Of a stretch of DNA of 64,000 bases, positions 36,652 to 47,862 are shown piece by piece. A model generated the notes under the pieces. It had not been told where the DNA came from and did no database searches. It saw only the letters and a program-made list of their open reading frames with translations. The DNA is from Podarcis erhardii (lineage: Eukaryota): assembly GCA_964252035.1 (NCBI GenBank), contig OZ176201.1; one strand, written 5' to 3'. Within the stretch, counting starts at the first letter, position 1. Each line of letters opens with the position of its first letter. The position numbers and the translations under genes are program-made.

Positions 36652-39600
36652 CTTTAAATGTATAGCGCAGATGAAATTATACATCTATATATGGTAAATA
36701 TAACAAACAAGAGCAATTAGGCTCTTACTTATGATGACTATCATAGAATTACAGAGATGTGTGGCAGCCTTTCCTTTGTCTATGGTGGCAACTCTACCTG
36801 AGCTGGTGTGTACCATGGCAAACAACCAGTAAGGATGCAAAAGAGGCAACATCTGTCAAAAACCAACCATTTCTAAATGGCAGTTTCCGCAAACTGAATA
36901 AGTTCATTTAAGCCCTTTTCTAGTTTACTTCACTGGATCACATCCAAATTATTCTGAACTCCCTTACTGAGTTAATTGTTTACAATATGTAATTATTTTA
37001 TTCTTAATATTTAATGTTGCTTAAAAATATTACTAAAAAGGCTGCAGCTTAAATAATTAAGCCATACTGCTACAGCTACACACCTGCAGAAAGATTTTGA
37101 GTAGCTTAACTTCATTATATGATCCATTAAATTAGGAGAACTGTACATGCAGTAAGAGTCAGGCAATTAGCATGTAAGAATTTGCAGAACTGGCCTCTCT
37201 GTTCGCCACACATAGAAACACACCCATGTTTACACACGATAACATCTTTAACCAAGACAGAAAGGAATTCAGAATACAAAAACACACAGTACAAAATGTG
37301 CCATCATGACACACAAGTGCCTGAGATTAATAACAAACGTTAGCAATTATATGAGTACTTGAAAATAGAAACAATGTACATACAATAGTAAATGGAATAG
37401 AAAGCACTTCCCTTAATGGTAGTTTGCATGGAATTTGTCACATTAGAGCCATGGGTATTTGCATCAACCTTGAAATCTAGAGCAAGGACAGGATACTGGA
37501 ATAGGAAAAGGGGAGTGATCCTAAATGAAGTATTTGATGGTGTACTGCCTATGGCATGGGTGAGGAACTAGTGGCCTGTGGGGAGGATCTGCCCGGCAGC
37601 AGCATAATGATTAATTTTACCAAAAAAAACCCCACCCATTTACAAGACTTGGAGCTTTTTCCTAAGCCTAATTGCCAAACTGAGGTCAATTAATGGAAGT
37701 ATGGCACTTACTTGGGAGTAAGTCCCACTGATATCTGTGGTGTTTACTGAGTAGACAAGGATAAAATTATGGTGTTCAATATACTTCCAGGTTATAAAGC
37801 CCATGAGCATAATTGTGCTTACCTCTGAGCAAGGGACCTGGAACACAAAATATCCCAAATGAATAATGTCAAATATGGCGTCAGATGCGGCCGCTGAAAG
37901 TGGTGCTCTGAAGTGCCACCAATCAGCTGCTTGTGGGTGCTTGCAAAGTGCTGTGACATTGCCCTTTGATTTCAGAACACTGACAACGGGTCACCCCACA
38001 TCACCATCGTGTTGTCAGGTAGCTGACAGGTGGCCAGTCCCACCTACCTGTCAAATTTGCTACACACACTCTGCCCCTAGCCAGGTCCAGTTCTGACTCC
38101 TATCCTAGACAATAGAAAGTGTTGTGCTATAATACACCCTATGAGGTTTTTCAAACAAAAATGAATCCAAGGAAGCAGAAGTAAGTGCCCTTTTTCTTTG
38201 TTAGGGAGATTTACTATTCCATATTATATATTGGAATTGGGGAAGTAAAATGTTCCACAGAACTATCTATGTTAGGCTGTTTTGTTGCTTAATTATACAT
38301 TATTGCATTGATTTAGGCATTGTTCCTGCATTGGAGGGGGTTGGACTAGATGACAACTAGGGTCCCTTCCAATTCTACAATTCTATGATTCTATTGTCAG
38401 TTCTTCTGTGCATGCTGAAGATCAGAGGCCTAATTCATTCAGACTGCAATCTTACCCCACCTACCCAGAAGTAGTTTCTTCACTGGGCACAATTCTGACT
38501 AGACATGTACAAGATTGCACTGTTATGTAACATGTACAGGACTGCGCTGTTACTCACATCTTTCCCCTGGCCTTTGACAGTTAAGATATTTTGTTTTGTG
38601 GGACCCACCTCTTTTGTGGAATTTATACTGGCCTGTTCTAGCTGGAATGGTTTTACTTGTTTTATAATTATAACTGTTTCACTTGTTTTTATAATTGTAT
38701 GTTACATTGTTGTAACCTGTCCTGGGAGCTTATAGCAAAGGGCCGAAAATACATCTTAAATCCTATCAGCAGTACTGCCTCCCACTGTCCTTGGGATCTC
38801 ATGTCCCTGATTATTATGGTGCTTGTTTCCTCCTGCTGCTATTGCACTCTGATGGCTTCTCCTGTCCGTGCACTGGAAATGTAAGCAAGAACTAAGGCTC
38901 TCCAGGACTTGTGGTTTTCGACAGAATGTGTTACACAAAGAGGGATTTGTCACTTCTGTCCCTTAAAACTACAACCCTGAGTGTTTCCTGTCCAAGCAAC
39001 CTTGTGCTCTCATTCTCTCCTGGAAGATAGCCTGGGATAGCAGCTCCCTGTTTATGTTCCAATGCAGCTTCTGATTGACTCTAGCAAATCTTACAAGATT
39101 TGGAAACTCTATATAGCTACAGGGAAATACTGTAAGCTTTCATAAACTTCCTCAAGCACCCTCAAGTGTCCAACTTCCTCAAGGTGGCGTGGGGAAGGAA
39201 CTCTTTTCAGCCACATTCCCTCACAGGTAACCTGGGAGCAGGTATTTGCCACCAGTGGGTTTATGTATGCATTTCAGTTGCACTTAGTTCCAAATAAACC
39301 TCACAGTATAATTTTTGAAAGTGCCACTGTCAATAGCTAGTTATCTTCCATCTTTGGGTTTGGGTTTCTTCAGTGTAACAGTTTGCCTCTGTCCTTTCTA
39401 ATTTGATTGTTGATGTGTACAAGTGTACAAACAACAAGCCTGTGCACGCTTAGATTGGAGTCCATGCAAATGCGGTTTCTGAGTAAATCCTGTACATGTC
39501 CACTGAGAAAACAAGAATAACATTGAGTTCAATAGGCCTCAGTAGTGCTGCCAATCCAGGCCTCTGTCCCAGACGTTAAGTTCCCCATTCAGCAGGAGGG

Positions 39601-40309
39601 ACCCCAAATGTGGCAGGGCTGGTTTCCAGAATTTGTAGTAAGTTTGTAGTAAATAACATTACCATCTAAAACAGGTGGGGGGGGGGAGGAGGAGAAGAGA
39701 GTCCATTAAGTCCCAAGTCTAAAATTAGCTAACTGCACCACTGATGGGATTTGCTCCCAGGTGAGTGCCAGATTGCAGCCTTCGGCTCCTGCTGCACTAG
39801 ATTTACCGGAATCGTAGCACCTGCTCTACATAACTTGTGGAGCCGCGATGATATGAAGCAAGGATATCTCCTTAAGTCCTATGGAGGTCGCGTCAGTTTC
39901 CCTTGCTCCTTCGGGCACTAACGCGTTCATTTCGACCTCCCACCCCCGGGGGAAAACAACCACCCTGTTTCAACCCCACCCGACCCCGATCATATTGAAT
40001 GCGATCTCTTATCTGCATTCCCTCCCCCACAAAAAGTAAAATCTGCAAAATTTAAATTGCAGCACTTTCTTCTTCGGTCTCTAAGGGGCTTTTACATCAT
40101 CTTTCTTATTTATAAGATATATACAGTATAGAGAGAGAGAGCCACATAGGGTACCCGGAAGCGGATTCGCCGGGCCACGCTAGGTTAAGGGCAGCAAATG
40201 CCAGCCGAGCCAACGGCGGGGGCGGGGGAGGGAGGAGAGAGCGCAAAAAAAAAAAAAACCCTTCACCTACTTCCGTGCGCATGTGCCACCTGACGGGCAG
40301 GCGCCTGCG

Positions 40310-40488
40310 TAGTAGCGGATGGGCGGCCGTCAGCCCTCGGTTTGGCCAGGCCCATCGCCGAGCGGCTCCTCCTCCCCCCTCCCAACTCCCTCCCCCCCCT
40401 CCCCGGCAGCGCGGCTGCTGCTGCTGCTGCTGCTGCTACACCGGGTAGGTTTCCAGTCACTATGGCGGCTCCGTCTGCTGCTGGGAAG
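40310..40488 (+). other. SLMAP: SLMAP first (leader) exon; start approximate
   Basis: Ends at a strong AAG|gtaaga donor (40489). A matching acceptor, tttgttttgatttccgcag|, lies at 40672 (184-nt intron). The TSS is inferred from promoter motifs. Confidence 0.6.
40414..40437 (+). repeat. (GCT)8 trinucleotide repeat in SLMAP leader exon
   Basis: Read directly from the sequence. Confidence 0.95.
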
Positions 40489-41940
40489 GTAAGAGTGGGA
40501 GGGGAGGGAGGGGAGCTGGGCGCCCTGCTCCGTCCGCAGCCGCCCCTTCCCGGCCGCCTTGCGTGCGCTTCTGCGGAGCCCCCGGGGCCGGGCGAGAGGC
40601 GTCGTCGTCGGGGTTTCGGGCCCCGCCTGAGCCCCCGAGGCTTCTTGACCGGGTTTGTTTTGATTTCCGCAGGTCGAGGGAAAGTTTTCGCTGCCGGCGG
40701 CCGCCTGAGAGAGAGAGAAGGAGGCGCCCCGCTCGGAAGGCGCCCCGGCCTCCAGGCCTCTCCGTCGGCGGGAACGGGGCGGCGAGCCCCGCCAGGGCAG
40801 GGCGGAAAGGCGCCTCTCTCCCCCCCTCCCCTCCTCAGGAGAAGGGAAGGAGGGAGCGCGGTCCTCGCTCGCAGCAGCCACCTGCAGAGTCACGGAGGGA
40901 GCTGCCACCGGCCTTCGTCAGGCAGGCGCCACCTTCGCTGTCCGCAGCCTTTGCTCCGGGAGCCACCCTCCGCCAGTCCCGCCAGGCAGCATCCCGACAA
41001 CCCCGGGCTCCCTCCGCCGACAAGGCATCTGCATTGCTCGGGACCGTCGTCGGGGCGATCGCGGCACTTCTGGCTTCCGTCAGGCGTCCCCAACCTGCTG
41101 TCAGTTTATCCCCCCCCCCACTTCCCTCGAGAAGACCGCCCCGTGCAATGGCTGGCATGCATCTCCAGGTGTACTAAGCCCCGTATAGCTCCGTGGGGGA
41201 ATAATAAAACTGCCACTTCCTGAATGATCAGATCGGTGGCTCAGTTGGCTCCCTGAAAGAAAGAAAAAATTCTAGTCTGGGCCTGTGCAATCTTGGTGAG
41301 GGGGGCGGAAGAGAGCCTACTCATTAGTTGGGCATCCTCCCACATTGCCGACTGTGAGTTGATGGGTGAAGAAGATGAACCGCAGACTTACTTCTGGATC
41401 AGCTGAACTGCCTTTGTTGCAAAGTCTTCCCGGTGGCTCTCCAGTTTTTGCTCCAGTCTTGTAAATCTCCAGTCTTCTGTTTCCCACTCTCTGAATCTTC
41501 CATTGTTTCTCTCTATTGAGGAAAATCTTGGGCAGTGTTTACGGAAGAGAGCAGAGCCAATTGCATCCCGAACAAGTATTTTGTGTGTGAGTCATCCACT
41601 TGGATCTATAGCCATCCCCACCTTAATTTAACAAGTTCTGTTTCATTTCTGAGTCTTCAGATGCTTGTTCATATTCTTGAGAGAGATGGATTGAAGTGGA
41701 ACATCTTAGATTTACTACCGGCCTTATTAAAAGAAACAATGGGGCTTTTTTACTGGATTATTGCCAGCATTAGTTCACACACTGAAGGTATGAGTTGTTA
41801 GAGCTCACTTGCAGGTAATGTTTGCCCTGCTTTAATGTAAAGTGCTGTGGAAATTTTGCTTATCAACTGTGGAGGGTGGCTTGGATCAAGAAGAGTTCCT
41901 CTTCTGCCCTGGTTGGTGTGGCACCACATATCTATCCTCA

Positions 41941-42138
41941 ATGCCTTCAGCCTTGGCTATCTTCACTTGCCGCCCGAACTCTCACCCATTTCAAGAACGT
42001 CATGTCTACCTGGATGAACCTGTCAAAATCGGCCGTTCAGTGGCTCGATGTCGACCAGCTCAGAATAACGCTACCTTTGACTGTAAGGTTTTGTCTAGGA
42101 ACCATGCGCTTGTCTGGTTTGACCACAAGACAGGAAAG
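41941..42138 (+). CDS. SLMAP: SLMAP first coding exon (66 aa, [66 protein letters not shown]), N-part of FHA domain
   Basis: FHA signature IGR...LSRNHA is present and near-identical to the recalled vertebrate SLMAP N-terminus. AAG|gtaagg donor, phase 0. Head-to-head synteny with DENND6A is as in mammals. Confidence 0.97.
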
Positions 42139-44521
42139 GTAAGGCAATCTATATTTCTAAGGAGAAGTATAATGAGCTTGATGTTTATTATTTTGATCAA
42201 TGGTTGGTTGACTTTAGTAAGTCTTTGTAATTGACCTGAAATTGTACAGCAAAATGATTATTCAACCTGAGGCAAATTACATTCTTCTTTTCTTTTAGTT
42301 CAGCTAATGGAATATTGCATAAGAGGATAGATTTTTGGCTACTATTTATATTTGTAACACTCGTGCACAAAGTGTTTTAAAATAATGATTACATTTGTTC
42401 ATCCAACATTCTTGAGAGATGTCATTGTACTGACATATAATCAAAGCTGGGAAGTGGCTTCAGGATACTTGGACTTCCACCCCAATTGTTAATGCTGATA
42501 CCGTTGACCCTCAACACTGCTATAACACATATTTTGTGGTGTGCAAACAGCATATTCAGTAGTTTTTATTCCTACTCCTAAGTATTTATTTCCTGGTTCA
42601 GTATGTCTTGAGTCTAGAACTATGGTGGAAATTGATTTCTGCCTCCAAATACCAAAACTCTTGTTGGTCCACTGGATGACAATGGTTTGAAATTCTGTGG
42701 TATTCTAGTTTGATAAGATCAAGTGGTACAGCTAATGTTGCAACTAGTTCTTGCTTGCCATGCCAGGGAGTGCAGTACTTAACTGAAATACTTGCTTTGT
42801 TTTTTTTAGTGAAATAATTGTAGCTCTTAGTATTCTTGAATTGTAATTCAAACCTCAAACATTTTATGGGAACCAAAGGAGCATTAGAAAGTTGTTCTAT
42901 ATAGCAACTATCCACCCTCCAAAGTATGGTTATCTAAAGCAATGTGGCTGTATTTGGTTTCTGTGGTTTATTTGGTTTTTATGTATTCTGGCAAGAATAT
43001 TTCAGCTTTAGTGATAGATAATTTGATTTTAAGCAGCTGATGCATAAATATAGGTAGAGCTTTCCTATCTGTTGTGGTTTACCTTGGTATAGTATTGAAC
43101 TGTACAATATTTCCTGACTGTGTATATGGACATATCAAGAGGAATTGGGGAATTTAGTTTTTTTATACACTAAGGTATTTTTTTCTTTTTTGCAAGTAAG
43201 ATGAAGTTGGTACCTATACACTACATGTCATCTTATCCTCTACTAGGTATTTCCAATGAGGACATCTGCTGCTTAAACGTTTAGAGGCTTTGTAGTGCCT
43301 GATTTTGTCCAGCAGGGACTGAACTGGAAACTCAAATCAGTGTTTTATGCTAAGAAAGGAATTTAAAGCTGGGATAGCTTAAGTGACTTCGGTTTAACTA
43401 GTGCTTTCAGTAACTATAAAAAAACAAAATGTTTTGCTATGTTCTCATGTGTCTACTCTTTGTAAATCTTTATCACCTGCTGTTTATGTTATCTATGTTT
43501 AGTATTTATGTTTTGCTGAAGACTGCTCTACTAATTAATATATTAGCAAAATTACCAGCTGGCTGCTTAATTTGGCACAGCATGGGTGCATTAAGAATGT
43601 TTGTTCAAAGTCTTACTATATTTTGCGCAGTAGTGAAACACGATGGGACAAGTCAAAATAAGTTTCATAAGTTGAAGCGTGAATTAAAGAACATTAACAT
43701 AGTGTAGCACTTTTATGTGGAAAGGAAAATAAACCATTTCAAAATGCATTGTCTGGCATTCATTCTCATAACAGTGTAACAGCCTGGTTTACTTCTTTGC
43801 AGAAGTCTTCAACCTTGAAAGATAGTTTTCCTAGCTTGAGGGAGTAGACTGAAATGGTCTAAAGTATTTTGTCAGCCTTCTGACTGGTATATTCCATACT
43901 ATTATTTTCAGAATATTTCCAGGTCCTTTTAAGAATACTTATTGTTAACTATTATTGTTTTATAAGTTATCTGCCAAGAGATATCAATGACAGGCCAACA
44001 GTAACAAAATTAGAAAATTGAGCCAAAGATTTCAGTCTTTACTTGCGAATTTTTAGCTTTTGGCAACTTGTGGCAACACATATTTTTAAAATGTGTTTTA
44101 ACTGGGTATGTATGATTGCATATATATGCCTTTGAATGCCTTTGAATATATATGCCTTTGAATGTTGGCATTATTGGTGAGATTTATTGTTGTTTAATAA
44201 GGATACAGGCTTAATGTGGTTACTACAATCTTTCAACTTAATATTCTGGAGTTATCACTTACCCTCTGCTTTACTTGTCTGAGCAGTTGCTTCTTATCCT
44301 ATAAATGGAGATGGGATAGAGCTATACATGCATTCTTCATGGCACTGCTGCATTTAACATACTGCAGCATTATGCCCACATGGTTCTCTTTCATCCTTTC
44401 AGTCTAAGAGCTAGTAGCAGATGGGAGGTGGTGGTGGTGGTTATTTTATATACTGCCCTTCATCACAAGATCTCAGGGTGGTTCACAGGATAAAAATACA
44501 AAGTAAAAGCACAAACAAATA

Positions 44522-44735
44522 CAGTGGTACCTCGGGTTACATACGCTTCAGGTTACAGACTCCGCTAACCCAGAAATAGTACCTCGGGTTAAGAACTTTG
44601 CTTCAGGATGAGAACAGTGTGCTGCGGCGGCAGCAGGAGGCTCCTTTAGCTAAAGTGGTGCTTCAGGTTAAGAACAGTTTCAGGTTAAGAACGGACCTCT
44701 GGAATAAATTAAGTATGTAACCCGAGGTACTACTG
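44522..44735. mobile_element. Tigger-like MITE nested in an L2
   Basis: Same TIRs; the right TIR and TSD carry mutations. Confidence 0.88.
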
Positions 44736-44955
44736 AAGTTAAAACAAAAACAACAAAATAATAACTTTTAAAATACATTTAAAAGGCTGTAGAATATTAA
44801 TCAACCAAAGGTCTGGTTGAAGAGGAACATTTTTGTTCAGTGCCTAAATATAAATAGGGAAGATGCCAGACAAACCTTCCTGGGGAGAGCATTGCACAAA
44901 TGGGGGGGCCACTACAGAAAAGGCCCGCTCTCATGTTGCCACCCTCCGGATCTCA

Positions 44956-45584
44956 CATAGAATCCTAGAATCATAGAGTTGGAAGAGACCACAAGGGCCA
45001 TCGAGTCCAACCCCCTGCCAAGCAGGAAACACCATCAGAGCACTCCTGACATATGGTTGTCAAGCCTCTGCTTAAAGACCTCCAAAGAAGGAGACTCCAC
45101 CACACTCCTTGGCAGCAAATTCCACTGTCGAACAGCTCTTACTGTCAGGAAGTTCTTCCTAATGTTTAGGTGGAATCTTCTTTCTTGTAGTTTGGATCCA
45201 TTGCTCCGTGTCCGCTTCTCTGGAGCAGCAGAAAACAACCTTTCTCCCTCCTCTATGTGACATCCTTTTATATATTTGAACATGGCTATCATATCACCCC
45301 TTAACCTCCTCTTCTCCAGGCTAAACATGCCCAGCTCCCTTAGCCGTTCCTCATAAGGCATCGTTTCCAGGCCTTTGACCATTTTGGTTGCCCTCCTCTG
45401 GACACGTTCCAGTTTGTCAGTGTCCTTCTTGAACTGTGGTGCCCAGAACTGGACACAGTACTCCAGGTGAGGTCTGACCAGAACAGAATACAGTGGCACT
45501 ATTACTTCCCTTGATCTAGATGCTATACTCCTATTGATGCAGCCCAGAATTGCATTGGCTTTTTTAGCTGCCGCGTCACACTGT
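44956..45584 (-). mobile_element. Young 5'-truncated CR1 LINE, same family as 5199-5985, inserted into an older L2
   Basis: Same RT C-terminal peptide with about 5 aa changes, and the same tail. The flanks rejoin into an L2 sequence. Confidence 0.96.
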
Positions 45585-47654
45585 GAAGGAGACGCATGAA
45601 GAAGGGCCTCAGATGATGAACACAGATGTCCAGATTGGTGTATATGGGGAGAGGCAGTCTTTGATTGGATAAGGTTAGATAAGGGAGAACAATAGAGCAA
45701 CATGTAGAGTTGCTGGAACATTGACCTATCTTTAAACAGAGCTGCCTGGGCTAAACTATTAGTTGAGCCTGCAGGTAAGAGGGGATTCAGAGCTGCTCAA
45801 CTGGACCTGAAGAGCTGCTCAGACTTAGGAGCCAGACCCATGTCAGCAGTATCACAGGGCCGCTTCAAACCCTATGGGTCCTGTTCTATCATGCCTTTGG
45901 AGTTGGTACCCACAGTTCTGAAACTGAAAGATAGCAGAGGCTAGGCTAGTATTCCCTTCCTCAGGCATAGTGGTTTAAAGCATAAGGTGCCTGGGTTCCA
46001 TTGCCAGGCCCCTCCATGCAAGACCCCTAATTCCTCACATGGGTAGTGGATTTGTCTTCCATGGCAATTCATTTGTCTTGCGTTTATTAGAAGCTGCTTG
46101 CTTAGAGGCAATTGGGAACTTGCCCTTGCTTGGTAGGTGTACCACACAAGGAATCTGGTCTTGGCTAAGTTGTTCAGAAAAGTTGTATGCGTTTATAAAA
46201 CCTATGCATTCAGCTTGACTGTCTTAGTAGTTGGAATATACACTTAGGGACAGACTTGCTGTGGGTAAACGGGCAACTTTTGATTCCCAGATGTTTGACT
46301 TTCAGAAAAAAACTTGCCCAGCTAGATTTCATTTGTGGTTGGGAGTCTGTGGGATGTTTTGGCTCCTGCTGGCCCTTGTGGTTGATGAGACTACGATAGG
46401 TTATACAATGTGTATGCTTTCTTGTGGACTAGGGCTGTAAGGGGGAGGATGATTCTTATACCTGGCTCTCAGTTACTCTTGCTGAACTTCTATTTATGTG
46501 CTGCAGTGTCCATCATAGAATGAAGAAAGAATAAAGAGCATATAGAAAAGTTTAATACAGATTGCATACCTGTACAGGTGACCTTTAGCCAGCTGCTCAT
46601 GACCATGATTGTGGTGATCCTGAAATGTCACTTGTCCTGTAATGTCACTTGTTGTGTTTCCCAACTTAAGCATAGTAAATTAACACTGAGCATTGCTCTG
46701 TTCTTTGTCAGCTGATGAAGGGCAAACCCATGTGTAGTAAAATACCGGTATGTGATATGAAAATTCATAACGACAAAATTTTGAAAAGTTGACGTTGTCT
46801 GTATTAAAGGAAACAACTAGCATGAAACACAATAAAGATATTTATATCAAAGAGAACTTTATAACTAGTTCTTTAAAATGACAGACTAATATCCTCCAGT
46901 GCAAAAAGTTAGTAAAATAATTCATGTTCCTGTTCTAGTCAGCTTTTGTCTATCAGAAGCAGGGAAGGAACAGTGAAATATAGAATCTGAAGTTGATACA
47001 ATTCCTTGGGTTAATGAAGTTAAGAGTTTTGATAATATGAAGTATTCTTGTGTGTTTAGGCATTTCCCCCTCCAGACATTGAACCTGTTCAGTTTGAAGA
47101 CACCAAACAAGACGCTGGTTTATAATTTACTGAGAGAACACCCAGTTGGAATGAAACTGATACTTTTTGTTTGTGTGGTTTACGCAATGAAGAGGGAATT
47201 GTGCCTGTAACCTTAAACTAAAATAAACTTCACTGTTAAAATACTTTATTTAAGAAACTGGAAGAGAGTGGATGCCAGCAGTTAATAGCTGAGGGATGTT
47301 ACTGCCTACTGATCAGGATTTTCCTGCAGTGATACCAAATGTAGCTACTACTGCAGAGCTAATACTGTAATTGTTGGAGCTGATCCAGTACAGTCACACA
47401 GCCTTGGTTCTGAACTCGAACCGCTTCAGTACTTAAAATTAAATTTAACCAAACCTCAAAATGTTACCTTATGACTTTTGACTTAGGCTTCAAATGGGCA
47501 ATTTCCCCCTATTAACTTCAATTTGATGGCCATCATTTGCTAACATACAAGTGAAGTGTAAGTTAGGAAAGACAAATGGAACCTGCAGCAAAATGTTGCA
47601 GCAAGGTCCTCTGTTCAGGGTTCAGAACTAGCCATGGCTGCTTCCTGTGCATTC

Positions 47655-47862
47655 CAAACTTAATTCGTTCTGGAGGTCCGTTCTTAACCTGAAACTGTTC
47701 TTAACCCGAAGCACCACTTTAGCTAATGGGGCCTCCCGCTGCTGCTGCGCTGCCACCACGCGATTTCTGTTCTCACCCTGAAACAAAGTTCTTAACCCGA
47801 GCTACTATTTCTGGGTTAGTGGAATCTGTAACCTGAAGCGTATGTAACCCGAGGTACCACTG
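47655..47862. mobile_element. Tigger-like MITE, left end truncated, opposite orientation to 44522 and 57162
   Basis: Ends gaagcgtatgtaacccgaggtaccactg-ta. Confidence 0.85.

Larger units (their letters stand above)
40150..41200. promoter_or_regulatory. SLMAP: CpG island / SLMAP promoter (ETS CCGGAAG 40155-40161, GC boxes ~40217-40232, ETS ACTTCCG 40269-40275 abutting NRF1-like TGCGCATGTGC 40276-40286)
   Basis: GC/CpG-rich region with typical housekeeping, TATA-less promoter motifs, 0.7-1.8 kb upstream of the SLMAP ATG. Confidence 0.8.
44445..45690 (-). mobile_element. Old L2-type LINE 3' end, interrupted by a Tigger MITE and a CR1
   Basis: The reverse complement resembles the L2 at 29760-30150 (cagaaaaggcccgctctcatgttgcc..., gggtggttcacag tail). 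The pieces are colinear across both insertions. Confidence 0.7.

Noticed and set aside
40330-41223. 192-293 aa ORFs over the SLMAP CpG island as standalone genes
   Set aside because: GC-driven, low-complexity frames with non-ATG starts in the track. Only the ATG at 40462 is kept, as a uORF lead.
44979-45260. Identical-looking 93-aa ORFs (also 5676..5957) as a duplicated small gene
   Set aside because: They are antisense frames of the two CR1 3' ends.
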